From: Elusimicrobiota bacterium
Lineage (GTDB): Bacteria > Elusimicrobiota > Elusimicrobia > UBA1565
DNA length: 64,000 bases
Reading direction: 5' to 3'
Assembly: GCA_043827405.1 (NCBI GenBank)
Contig: JBDRPD010000034.1
Location: forward strand, 1-64,000
This document shows, piece after piece, positions 1 to 9,891 of this stretch. Every line of letters starts with the position of its first letter. The stretch's first letter is position 1. The notes under the pieces were generated by a model. It was not told the origin of the DNA and made no database searches. It saw only the letters and a program-made list of their open reading frames with translations. The translations under genes and the position numbers were made by a program.

Positions 1-170
1 AAGGCGAAGGCCAGGATGACCAGGCCGGCGGTCAGGGAGGCGACCAGAGCCATGCGGCGGCGCGCCGCCACCGTGTCGCGCGAGGTCATCGCCAGGAAGG
101 CGGGAACCGCCGCGAACGGGTCGACGATCGCGAACAGCGAACCGAAAGTGAGCAGGGCGTATCCGAGCAT
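1..170 (-). CDS. marC: MarC family membrane protein (5' part; runs off window edge)
   Basis: Manual translation of the reverse strand from ATG at 170: MLGYALLTFGSLFAIVDPFAAVPAFLAMTSRDTVAARRRMALVASLTAGLVILAFA, which has the MarC N-terminal 'LFAIvDP...P.F..mT' signature. Not in the ORF track. Confidence 0.85.
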   Translation of the reverse strand, partial: MLGYALLTFGSLFAIVDPFAAVPAFLAMTSRDTVAARRRMALVASLTAGLVILAFA

Positions 171-245
171 GGCCTAGTATTGTACGACAAGATTGGCGGC
201 GGCCGTCTTGAGGCGGGTCAATGCGGCGGGTTGAGCGGGATCGGC

Positions 246-467
246 TTAGCGGTCGTCGGACGTCTCGGGCAGGGCGGCCGGCGCATCGATGAGCTTTTCC
301 TGCTCAATGAGGGCGCGCAGGTCCAGGCGGCTGACCTCTCCCGGCCGCAGCGTATGCTCATACTTTTTGGGGCTGGAGGCGGTCATCTTGTTGAGGATCA
401 CCGTCGGCCCCAGAAACATCGCGGCCAGCAGAAAGATTATCCAGATGATGGAGCTCCTGCCGTTCAT
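246..467 (-). CDS. Small hypothetical protein with one N-terminal TM/signal segment
   Basis: ORF 246..491. The preferred start ATG467 (MNGRSSIIWIIFLLAAMFLGP...) lies 6 nt downstream of a TATTAT -10-like hexamer. Hydrophobic N-terminus. Confidence 0.55.
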   Translation of the reverse strand: MNGRSSIIWIIFLLAAMFLGPTVILNKMTASSPKKYEHTLRPGEVSRLDLRALIEQEKLIDAPAALPETSDDR

Positions 468-623
468 GCCCATATAATAGCCGTACCCCATGCTTTCAGG
501 ATGGGCCTTTAGGCGAAAAATGCGCAGTTTTTAGGCCTAGCGCTCTCTGGGACAGTGGGGTGAAATTGGGGGGCGATGGGACCTAACAAGGTTTTTAGGG
601 CCTTTACGGCCGGGGGGCCCAGG

Positions 624-2711
<2,088 letters not shown>

Positions 2712-2796
2712 GGGCATAGTATACATTGATATATGTCAGCCCCTTTCTTAACAAAACCAATTTTATCTTTATCGCCGATGTGACAGAATCGCTGTC

Positions 2797-4875
2797 ATGA
2801 ATAGAGCGAACACTTCCCGACTTTTATCCGTTTTTGTCATGGCCCTGTCGCTGTCTCCCGCGGCCGCCGCCGCGCCGCATGGGCGGCTGCCGGATGTGAT
2901 TATCAGCGCCAAGGGCTATGCGTCCGGCGTTTTGGAGACACCGCATGCCGTGACCGTGCTCGGCGCGGAGGAGATTCGCCGCGCGGTCTACCCCACGCCC
3001 GGCGACCTGCTGCGCGGCCGGTCCGGCTTGGCGGTGCAGTCGGACGGCGCCTGGGGGATGAATCCGGTTATCCGCGGGATGAAGAAAGAGCAAATCCTGT
3101 TGATGATCGACGGCATCCGCATGAACTCCGCGCAGCCCTACGGCGCCGTGGCGTCTTTCGTCGACCTATATCAGGTGGAGCGGCTGGAGGTCGTCAAGCA
3201 TCCGGTCTCCGTGCTCTATGGCGCCGGAGCCATGGGCGGGGCGGTAAATATCGTGACCCGGCCATTGGTCTACGCCGCGCAGCCGCGTCTGGGCGGGAGC
3301 GTGATGGGGGCCGCCACGACGGTCAACGACGGCCTGCGCAGCGGGCTGGACTTGGATGTCAGCGGACGCGAGCAGGCGCTGAGCGCGAGCTACTCAGGGC
3401 TGTCTGTGGGCGACTATGATACGCCGCGCGGGCCGGTGTTTCGCAGCGGTTTTCGCCGGCACGCTTTTCACGGCAAGCTCGGCCGGCGGCTCGGCGACGA
3501 CGGCGCAGTTCGCGCGCTGCTGCAGCATCAAACCGATCTCGACGTATGGTATCCCGGTACGCGCGAATACCAGAATGTGCTGCTGGGAAATACGACCGTC
3601 CGTTCGCCGAATCAGAGCCGCGGACTGGCGGATATCGCGCTCGCCCGACGCTTTGCTTCCGGCTGGTCGCCCAAGCTTAGAACCAATGTTTACTTCCAGC
3701 AGTTCCATCGCGGCTTCTATATCCACAGCGATACGCTGGGGCGCGACTACGCCAAGGCGCTCGTTGACTTCAAGACCTACGGCGGAGCGGCCAAGATCGA
3801 GCTCGCGCCCGTGGAATCGAATATCCTCCTCGTGGGCGTCGACGGCTGGCGCACGCATGCGCGGCCGGAGAAGACGCTGTGCGCCGCGCCGACGTTTACC
3901 GCCTGCACGCAGAGCAATCCTTTCGAGCGCGGGAGGCAATGGTCGGTCGGGGTATTCGCGCAGGATGAGATCGTGCTGGAGCGCCTGTCGCTGAAGGCGG
4001 GCGCACGTTTTGACAGCGTGACCACGGACGCCGAAAGCATGGGAACCGGGGCCAGTCGCCGTTCGGGGGACCTCAAGAGTACGGATAATCTTGTCTCCTG
4101 GTCGGCGGGCGCCGTCTACCGGTCGCACGATCTCCTGCGGCCGTTCGCCAATGTTTCCATGGGCTACCGGGCCGGCGATATGCGGGAGCGCTTCGAGCGA
4201 ACGCCTCGCAGCGACGGTTTTCTGCACGTCGGCAATCCGGGCATCAAGCCGGAACGGATGTTTACGCTGGAGGCGGGGCTTAAGGGCGGTCCGGGAGCAA
4301 CGCGCTACAGCGCTTCGGTCTACGGCGCGCGCATCAAGGACTATATCGCGGGCCGGGCTACGGGCGCGGTCGATACTCCCGGCACCAACCGCAGCATCAA
4401 GGCGACGGAAAACCTTAGCCGGGTCGATATGTCCGGCGTGGAGTTTTCCGTGGAACAGGATCTCTGCCGTTTCGGAACGGGGTTCCTGGAGGGCGGGTTT
4501 CAGCGGGCGGAAAACGAGGAGGACGATGAGCCGCTGGAAAGCACTCCGCCGGGAGAGCTCAGTTTCGGCGCGCGCTGGCAGCCTGAGACCGGCCTTTCCG
4601 GCGAGGTCCGCATGCGCGCGGTGGCCGGCCAGAACCGGGTGGCCAGTCTTTTCAGCAACGGGACTGAGAATACGACGCCCGGTTTCGCCACGCTGGATCT
4701 CACTGCGGGCTACCGCTTTGGCGCCGCGTCTTTCCTGAAGGGCGGTGAGCTGCGGATCAGTGCCGTCAACCTGCTCAACCGCTTCTATCGGGAGCATCTA
4801 ACCGCGGGCGTCAGCGCGCAGGAGATCGCCGCGCCCGGGCGCAATCTTGCCCTGTCTTGGCGGATGAGTTTCTAG
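2797..4875 (+). CDS. TonB-dependent outer-membrane receptor (substrate unknown)
   Basis: Signal peptide, TonB-box-like 'DVIISA', plug motifs (PVIRG, LLMIDGIR, VERLEVVK...SVLYG.GAMGGAVNIVT), and C-terminal NLLNRFY.EHL...APGRN...SF ending in Phe. Confidence 0.93.
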   Translation: MNRANTSRLLSVFVMALSLSPAAAAAPHGRLPDVIISAKGYASGVLETPHAVTVLGAEEIRRAVYPTPGDLLRGRSGLAVQSDGAWGMNPVIRGMKKEQILLMIDGIRMNSAQPYGAVASFVDLYQVERLEVVKHPVSVLYGAGAMGGAVNIVTRPLVYAAQPRLGGSVMGAATTVNDGLRSGLDLDVSGREQALSASYSGLSVGDYDTPRGPVFRSGFRRHAFHGKLGRRLGDDGAVRALLQHQTDLDVWYPGTREYQNVLLGNTTVRSPNQSRGLADIALARRFASGWSPKLRTNVYFQQFHRGFYIHSDTLGRDYAKALVDFKTYGGAAKIELAPVESNILLVGVDGWRTHARPEKTLCAAPTFTACTQSNPFERGRQWSVGVFAQDEIVLERLSLKAGARFDSVTTDAESMGTGASRRSGDLKSTDNLVSWSAGAVYRSHDLLRPFANVSMGYRAGDMRERFERTPRSDGFLHVGNPGIKPERMFTLEAGLKGGPGATRYSASVYGARIKDYIAGRATGAVDTPGTNRSIKATENLSRVDMSGVEFSVEQDLCRFGTGFLEGGFQRAENEEDDEPLESTPPGELSFGARWQPETGLSGEVRMRAVAGQNRVASLFSNGTENTTPGFATLDLTAGYRFGAASFLKGGELRISAVNLLNRFYREHLTAGVSAQEIAAPGRNLALSWRMSF

Positions 4876-4884
4876 TCCAACGCC

Positions 4885-5412
4885 TCAGCTGATCTTGCCC
4901 AGCGAGATGCCGCACAGGATGGCCAGCCAGCCGCCGGCGATCGCGGTGTAGTGGAGGAGCTCCCCGGTATTGCTGAGCACTCCGGCGTAGGGCGAGTCGG
5001 CTTTCGGCGCCGGGCCGCAGCAGGAGCCTTCCGCGTCCGGGTCACAGCACAGCTTCTCCTTGCTGTTCTTCCCCAGAATGCGCGGGGCGAGGATGAAGAT
5101 GACGATCGGCAGCGCCGCGAAGCACATCTTCAGCCCGAAGAGCGCCAGTCGCGGCAGCCCGGGCGGTCCGCTGTGGGTGAAATGCAGCAGCAGCGCCCGT
5201 GAAACGCCCGAGAGGACGAGCAGGGCGACCACCACCCGAACGACCCGGCGAATCTTAGGGATGAGGTTGACGACGAGCCGGTGCCGGTCCTCGTATTCCA
5301 GGTTCGCCTTGAGCGCGGGCATCATCAGAAAAGTGGCGAAGAACATGGCGCCCATGAAGATGACAATGCAGATGACGTGCACCCAGTTGAGCAGAATATC
5401 GATCAGTATCAT
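4885..5412 (-). CDS. 4-TM membrane protein, CopD/DUF4149-like, with a CC-x7-CC loop
   Basis: Four hydrophobic segments, N-terminal 'WVHVICIVIFMGAMFF' resembling CopD-like TM1, loop LCCDPDAEGSCCGP, GGAGG SD upstream. Confidence 0.55.
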   Translation of the reverse strand: MILIDILLNWVHVICIVIFMGAMFFATFLMMPALKANLEYEDRHRLVVNLIPKIRRVVRVVVALLVLSGVSRALLLHFTHSGPPGLPRLALFGLKMCFAALPIVIFILAPRILGKNSKEKLCCDPDAEGSCCGPAPKADSPYAGVLSNTGELLHYTAIAGGWLAILCGISLGKIS

Positions 5413-5526
5413 GATCCCTCCAGTATGCGGTAGCGTAGAATAAATGCCCCCAGGATTCTTTGCGATTTGTCAGATGGAACTTTTTTCCGCCTCGCTCGTA
5501 AAAGATGGGAGAAGCAGGGGGGGAAA

Positions 5527-5853
5527 ATGGGAAAAAGAAATGAGGAGACGCCGGAGCTGGAGACCCGGGTTCGCGTATTCCGGGCCGAGGGCAAGGGAAA
5601 AGCCGATCTATTGGGCTACGCCGATTTGGTGATCGGCGGGTCGTTCGTGATCAAAAGCATTCGGATTCTGCAGGTTAATCCGGAAAAGGCGGGCGGCGAG
5701 ATCAGCGCGCCGTTCATCTCATTCCCGAGCCGGCGGGTCGAGAGGAGCGAAGAAACGCGCTATCTGGACGTCGCCCATCCGATCACGTCCGAGGCCTATC
5801 ATGCCGCGGCGGAGCTGATACTCAACGAGTATAACCAAGCCGCGGCGCGCTAG
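5527..5853 (+). CDS. spoVG: SpoVG family nucleic-acid-binding protein
   Basis: L.gYAdlvi...FVIksIRI...FisFPSR...YlDvaHPItsE...Il.eY is the SpoVG pattern. Start ATG5527 follows a G-rich SD. Confidence 0.85.
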   Translation: MGKRNEETPELETRVRVFRAEGKGKADLLGYADLVIGGSFVIKSIRILQVNPEKAGGEISAPFISFPSRRVERSEETRYLDVAHPITSEAYHAAAELILNEYNQAAAR

Positions 5854-5897
5854 CACCGCTGGACCGTCGGAAGGAAGATTTGTTAGCATATGCCACT

Positions 5898-6092
5898 ATG
5901 GCTTATAAGTGCACCATTTGCTTGAAGGGCCCCGTGGCCGGCAACAGCATCAGTCACTCAAACCGCGCGACGAAGCGGAAATTCCGCCCAAACCTGCATA
6001 AGCAGAAGGTTGTTCGCGATGGCCGGACAGTGACGGCCTACGTCTGCACCTCCTGCATCCGAGCCGGCAAGGCCGTTCGCCCCGCAAAGTAG
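5898..6092 (+). CDS. rpmB: 50S ribosomal protein L28 (zinc-ribbon type)
   Basis: MAYKCTICLKGPVAGNSISHSNRATKRKFRPNL...VCTSCIRAGK, with two CxxC pairs. Confidence 0.97.
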   Translation: MAYKCTICLKGPVAGNSISHSNRATKRKFRPNLHKQKVVRDGRTVTAYVCTSCIRAGKAVRPAK

Positions 6093-6101
6093 GACGCTGG
6101 T

Positions 6102-7778
6102 ATGGCCCGGTCGGCGGGTCGGTACCTGGCGGGCCTTTGTGCCGCCGGTGCCTTTGCCGTGCTCTGCCTGCCTATTTCCAACCCCGATATCTATTGGCAT
6201 CTGAGCGCCGCGCGCTGGATGGCCGAACATTTCGCCTGGCCGCATGCGGACTGGCTGTCGCATACCATGGCCGGCGCGCCGTGGTCGGATTTTGAATGGC
6301 TGACCCAGCTGATCTGGCTGGCGGCGTTTTCAGCCGGCGGCTTCGCCGGATTATGGCTGCTGAAGGTGGCGGCATACGGCGCCTGCGCCTATGTCCTCTG
6401 GCGGCTGCTCGGACTCTACGCCGCATCGGCCGAGCTGCGGGGCCTCGCGGTATTTATTTGGGCGCTGGCTATTTCACCGGCGAATGATTTGCGGCCGGAA
6501 AACTTCTCGGTGCTGGCGTTTTTGGGACTGTTGTATGCGCTTGAGGCGCGGCGTTTGGGCCGGCTTAAAAGCGCGTCCGGGCGGCGGGGCCTGGCCGCCG
6601 TCGCCGTGTTTTTTGCGCTATGGGCCAATCTCCATGCGGGGTTTATTTACGGCCTGATCCTGTTGGGCATCTATGCGGCATTCGAACTGGGGCGTCGCAA
6701 GCGCGAGCTCGCCGCAGGGTGGGCGGCGGCGGCCCTGGCCGCGCTCGTCAATCCCTATGGGGTCGCCGTCTACGGCGTCTTTTGGGAGCATTGGTCGGCC
6801 CTGCCGGTGCTGGAGAAGCATATCCGCGAATGGCAGGAAGCGTCTTTGGTGCAGCGCTGGCTGTGGCCTTTTTGGGCCGTGCTCGCGGCGAGCTTCGCCG
6901 CCGTGCTGGGCCGCTATGTGAAGCGCCGGGACGTTCCGCTGGAACATGTGGCGGCGCTCTGCCTCTTCGGGCTGTCCGCGTCGGCGCATGTGCGAACCGG
7001 CGTCTATTTCGTCGCGCTCGCGATACCGGCGGCAGCGGCGGCGCTGCTGCCCGGCCTGTTGGCCCGCCGGCCGGCCGCGCGGCGGGGGCTCTACGCCGCA
7101 TTCTTTGTCGCGGCCTGGGCGTTCTTTGCCGCCTACATCGCGCCGCCCCTGTCGCGGGGCGAGATCCGGCGCACCGCTTATATCCCGCAGCGGCTGACGA
7201 GCTTTCTGCATAGCGAGCGCGCTGTTTTGGGCAGGCTGAAGCTGCTCAATCCCTGGCACTGGGGCGGTTATCTCGGCTACGAACTGCATCCGGACTACCG
7301 CGTGTTTGTGGACGGACGCTATATATTCCATCACCTGCTTGAGCCCATGGACGAAGCGCGGCGCACGCCGGAGCGCTATGCGGCATTTCTCGACGCGCAC
7401 GGCATTGAAGCGGCGGCTGTCCTGCGTACCCGGCAGCTTATGCCGATGCGTTTCGGCACTCCGGATGGCGGGAATGTGCTGCTGCTGCGTCCTTTCTATC
7501 TGTTTTATCTGCCCAAGCGGGACTGGGCGCTGGTTTACTGGGACGAGCAGGGCCTGGTCTTCGTGAAGCGGGCGGCCGTGCCGGCGGCTTGGCTGCGCGA
7601 GCGCGAGTACCGCTACTTCCGGCCGGGCGACCACGAGGCCGTCATCCGTCTGGTGCGGGAGGGGCATATTTCCGCCGGCCAAGTGGCGGCCGAAGTCGAG
7701 CGGCATTTCGCCGGTCGCGGCGAGCCTGGAGCCGCGGTCGAAGTTGAGCGCTGGCTTTCCGGGGACGGCCCGGCGTGA
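6102..7778 (+). CDS. Polytopic membrane protein, probable GT-C-fold glycosyltransferase (paralog 1)
   Basis: N-terminal 'PDIYWHL..ARW', multiple TMs, LWANLHAGF, NPYG, WGGYLGY, VFVDGR, WALVYWD. This is a widespread uncharacterised GT-C-like family. Confidence 0.7.
   Translation: MARSAGRYLAGLCAAGAFAVLCLPISNPDIYWHLSAARWMAEHFAWPHADWLSHTMAGAPWSDFEWLTQLIWLAAFSAGGFAGLWLLKVAAYGACAYVLWRLLGLYAASAELRGLAVFIWALAISPANDLRPENFSVLAFLGLLYALEARRLGRLKSASGRRGLAAVAVFFALWANLHAGFIYGLILLGIYAAFELGRRKRELAAGWAAAALAALVNPYGVAVYGVFWEHWSALPVLEKHIREWQEASLVQRWLWPFWAVLAASFAAVLGRYVKRRDVPLEHVAALCLFGLSASAHVRTGVYFVALAIPAAAAALLPGLLARRPAARRGLYAAFFVAAWAFFAAYIAPPLSRGEIRRTAYIPQRLTSFLHSERAVLGRLKLLNPWHWGGYLGYELHPDYRVFVDGRYIFHHLLEPMDEARRTPERYAAFLDAHGIEAAAVLRTRQLMPMRFGTPDGGNVLLLRPFYLFYLPKRDWALVYWDEQGLVFVKRAAVPAAWLREREYRYFRPGDHEAVIRLVREGHISAGQVAAEVERHFAGRGEPGAAVEVERWLSGDGPA
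6195..6240 (+). repeat. 46-bp near-identical segment shared with 7868..7913 (paralog N-termini)
   Basis: tggcatctgagcgccgcgcgctggatggccgaacatttcgcctggc vs tggcatctgagcgccgcccgctggatgatcgatcatttcgcctggc, 42/46 identical by eye. Confidence 0.85.
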
Positions 7779-9400
7779 ATCCGCAGGTGGAAAGGCGCTG
7801 GCTGCGGGCCGGCTGGGCCGCCGTAATCCCTGTCCTGATAATGCCGATAGCCGATCCCGACCTCTGGTGGCATCTGAGCGCCGCCCGCTGGATGATCGAT
7901 CATTTCGCCTGGCTGCGTACCGATGCGCTCGCCGCTACCCAGTCCGGCCTGGAATGGATAAATTTTGAATGGCTCTCCCAGCTGGCCTTTTATGGTGCGG
8001 GCTGGACGGGAGGGCTGACCGGATTGTGGCTGCTGAAGATTTTACTGCTTGCGGGGACCGGCGCGGCCTTGCTGCGGACGCTGCGTCATATCGGGGTGCC
8101 GCCGCCGGCGCGCGCCTTGGGCTTCGCCGTTTGGGCGGCGGCGATGGCCGCGCGCTCGGATATTCGCACCGAGCTTTTTTCCTTCGTTCTGTTCGCCTGG
8201 CTGTTGTGCGGGCTCGAGCGCAAGGGACGGGTGCGGATGCCGCCCGCCGCCGCGCTGTTCATGTTCGCTTTTTGGTCGAACCTGCACGCCGGCTTCATCT
8301 ATGGACTGCTGCTGCTCGCCGCCTACGCGTATGAGGATTACCGCCGCGGCGGGAACTCCGGCCTGCTGACCTGCTGGTTGGCGGCCGCCGCGGGAACATT
8401 CATCAATCCCTACGGCTGGGGAGTCCATCGCGTCCTGGTTCGTCATGCTTTGGAAACCGGCGGGCTGGCGCCGTATATCGACGAATGGGGTCCGTTGGCC
8501 GTGTCCAACAGCGCCCACTGGCCGGTCTGGCTGCTCATGCTCGGCCTGGCGGCGCTCGCGGCCCGGCGCTTGCGCCGGCGTGCCGCCTTGCCCCTGGGCC
8601 CCGCAATTCTCCTCGTAGTTTTTGCGGCGGCGGCGCTGCGCCATTCGCGGTTGGCGCCGTACTTCGCCTTGTGCGCGGTGGTTTACGTGTTTCGGTTCGC
8701 GGCGGGGGACCGGGAGGTCATGGATGCCGTTAATCGCGGCCGCACGGCCGCCTTGGCGCTGGTTCTCGTCGCCGTGTTCGCGCTATGGCAGGGAGGGGCG
8801 CGTGTCGCCGGCGGCATCTTTAGCGACGTCTACACGCCGGTGCGTGCGGCGGCCTATCTTGAGCGGCATCCCGAGCTTGCGGGGCTGCGTCTTTACAGCG
8901 CCTGGGGCTGGGGAGGTTATCTCGGCTATCGGCTGGGCGGCCGCGTCCGGCTGCTGCAGGACGGCCGCTATATCTTTCACTCGCTGCTGATGGAGGGAGG
9001 GGCGGCGGCCGAAAAGCCGGACGTGTGGCAGGTTTTCCTCAAGCGCCGCGGCGCGGATGCGGCGCTGCTGCAGAACCGTCCGACCATGATGGGCACGACG
9101 CGGGTTTACCCGGACGGCTCCCGGCGGGCGATCCCGCGGCCCTATTACATCCAATATATGCCGCGGCCGAGCTGGGCCCTGGTCTACTGGGATGAGAAAG
9201 CCCTGCTGTTCGTGCGCCGGGAGCGGCTTAAGGATACGGAGCTCGCGCCGCTCGAGTACCAGCTGCTGCTGCCGCGCGACGGCGCGGCACGGCAGGATGC
9301 GCTGGCGCGCGGTGAGATAAGCCGGGAACAGCTCAAGAAGGAGCGGCTTCGTCTGCGGGCGGAGACGGCGGACCCGCCGCGACGCCCGGCGCTTCGCTAG
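7775..9400 (+). CDS. Polytopic membrane protein, probable GT-C-fold glycosyltransferase (paralog 2)
   Basis: Same motifs as the upstream gene (DPDLWWHL..ARW, WSNLHAGF, NPYG, WGGYLGY, DGRY, WALVYWD). 4-nt GTGA overlap with paralog 1. Confidence 0.7.
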   Translation: MNPQVERRWLRAGWAAVIPVLIMPIADPDLWWHLSAARWMIDHFAWLRTDALAATQSGLEWINFEWLSQLAFYGAGWTGGLTGLWLLKILLLAGTGAALLRTLRHIGVPPPARALGFAVWAAAMAARSDIRTELFSFVLFAWLLCGLERKGRVRMPPAAALFMFAFWSNLHAGFIYGLLLLAAYAYEDYRRGGNSGLLTCWLAAAAGTFINPYGWGVHRVLVRHALETGGLAPYIDEWGPLAVSNSAHWPVWLLMLGLAALAARRLRRRAALPLGPAILLVVFAAAALRHSRLAPYFALCAVVYVFRFAAGDREVMDAVNRGRTAALALVLVAVFALWQGGARVAGGIFSDVYTPVRAAAYLERHPELAGLRLYSAWGWGGYLGYRLGGRVRLLQDGRYIFHSLLMEGGAAAEKPDVWQVFLKRRGADAALLQNRPTMMGTTRVYPDGSRRAIPRPYYIQYMPRPSWALVYWDEKALLFVRRERLKDTELAPLEYQLLLPRDGAARQDALARGEISREQLKKERLRLRAETADPPRRPALR

Positions 9401-9884
9401 CGGAGGTTTCCGCCGGCGCCGCGGCCTCTGCCGCCGTCTTCGTCTCCGCTTTTTGGGGTTCGTCCTTATGCCGGTCGGTCTGGCGATCGCGTATCAGCTT
9501 GATGATGCGGTCCCGCAGGCTCACGTCCGTTCTTAGCAGGTCGAGGAAGGCGGACTGGGGCACCACATAGATCAGCGTACTGTCCGCTGCCGCCTTAATT
9601 GTGGCGCTGGCCATCTTGTACTCGATGATCGATGTCTCGCCGAAGATGTCGCCTTCCGCGAGCTCGGCGACCTGGACCCATGCTTTTTTGTCGGGCTTGA
9701 TTAGTACCGAGGCCTTGCCTTCCGCGATGACGTGGAGACCGTCGACGCTCGCGCCCTTGAAGAGGATGGTCTGCCCCATCTTGAAACGCAGCTGCTCGAC
9801 GCCCTGGGCCAGCGCGGCGATATGCTCCTGCGTAAGGCCCTGCAGGAAGGGGACTTTGGTTTGCAGAAACTCCTGAATGCTCAT
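9333..9884 (-). CDS. Stand-alone cyclic-nucleotide-binding-domain protein (no HTH)
   Basis: VPFLQGL...F..GQTILFKG...GLHVIAEGKASV...L.EGDIFGE...SATIKA fits the CNB fold. Ala/Pro-rich C-terminal tail. Confidence 0.85.
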   Translation of the reverse strand: MSIQEFLQTKVPFLQGLTQEHIAALAQGVEQLRFKMGQTILFKGASVDGLHVIAEGKASVLIKPDKKAWVQVAELAEGDIFGETSIIEYKMASATIKAAADSTLIYVVPQSAFLDLLRTDVSLRDRIIKLIRDRQTDRHKDEPQKAETKTAAEAAAPAETSASEAPGVAAGPPSPPADEAAPS

Positions 9885-9891
9885 GGCGACC

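Noticed and set aside
5527..5853. spoVG (and the CotH-like gene) as evidence of sporulation
   Set aside because: Both families are widespread in non-sporulating bacteria, and no sporulation genes are present in the window.
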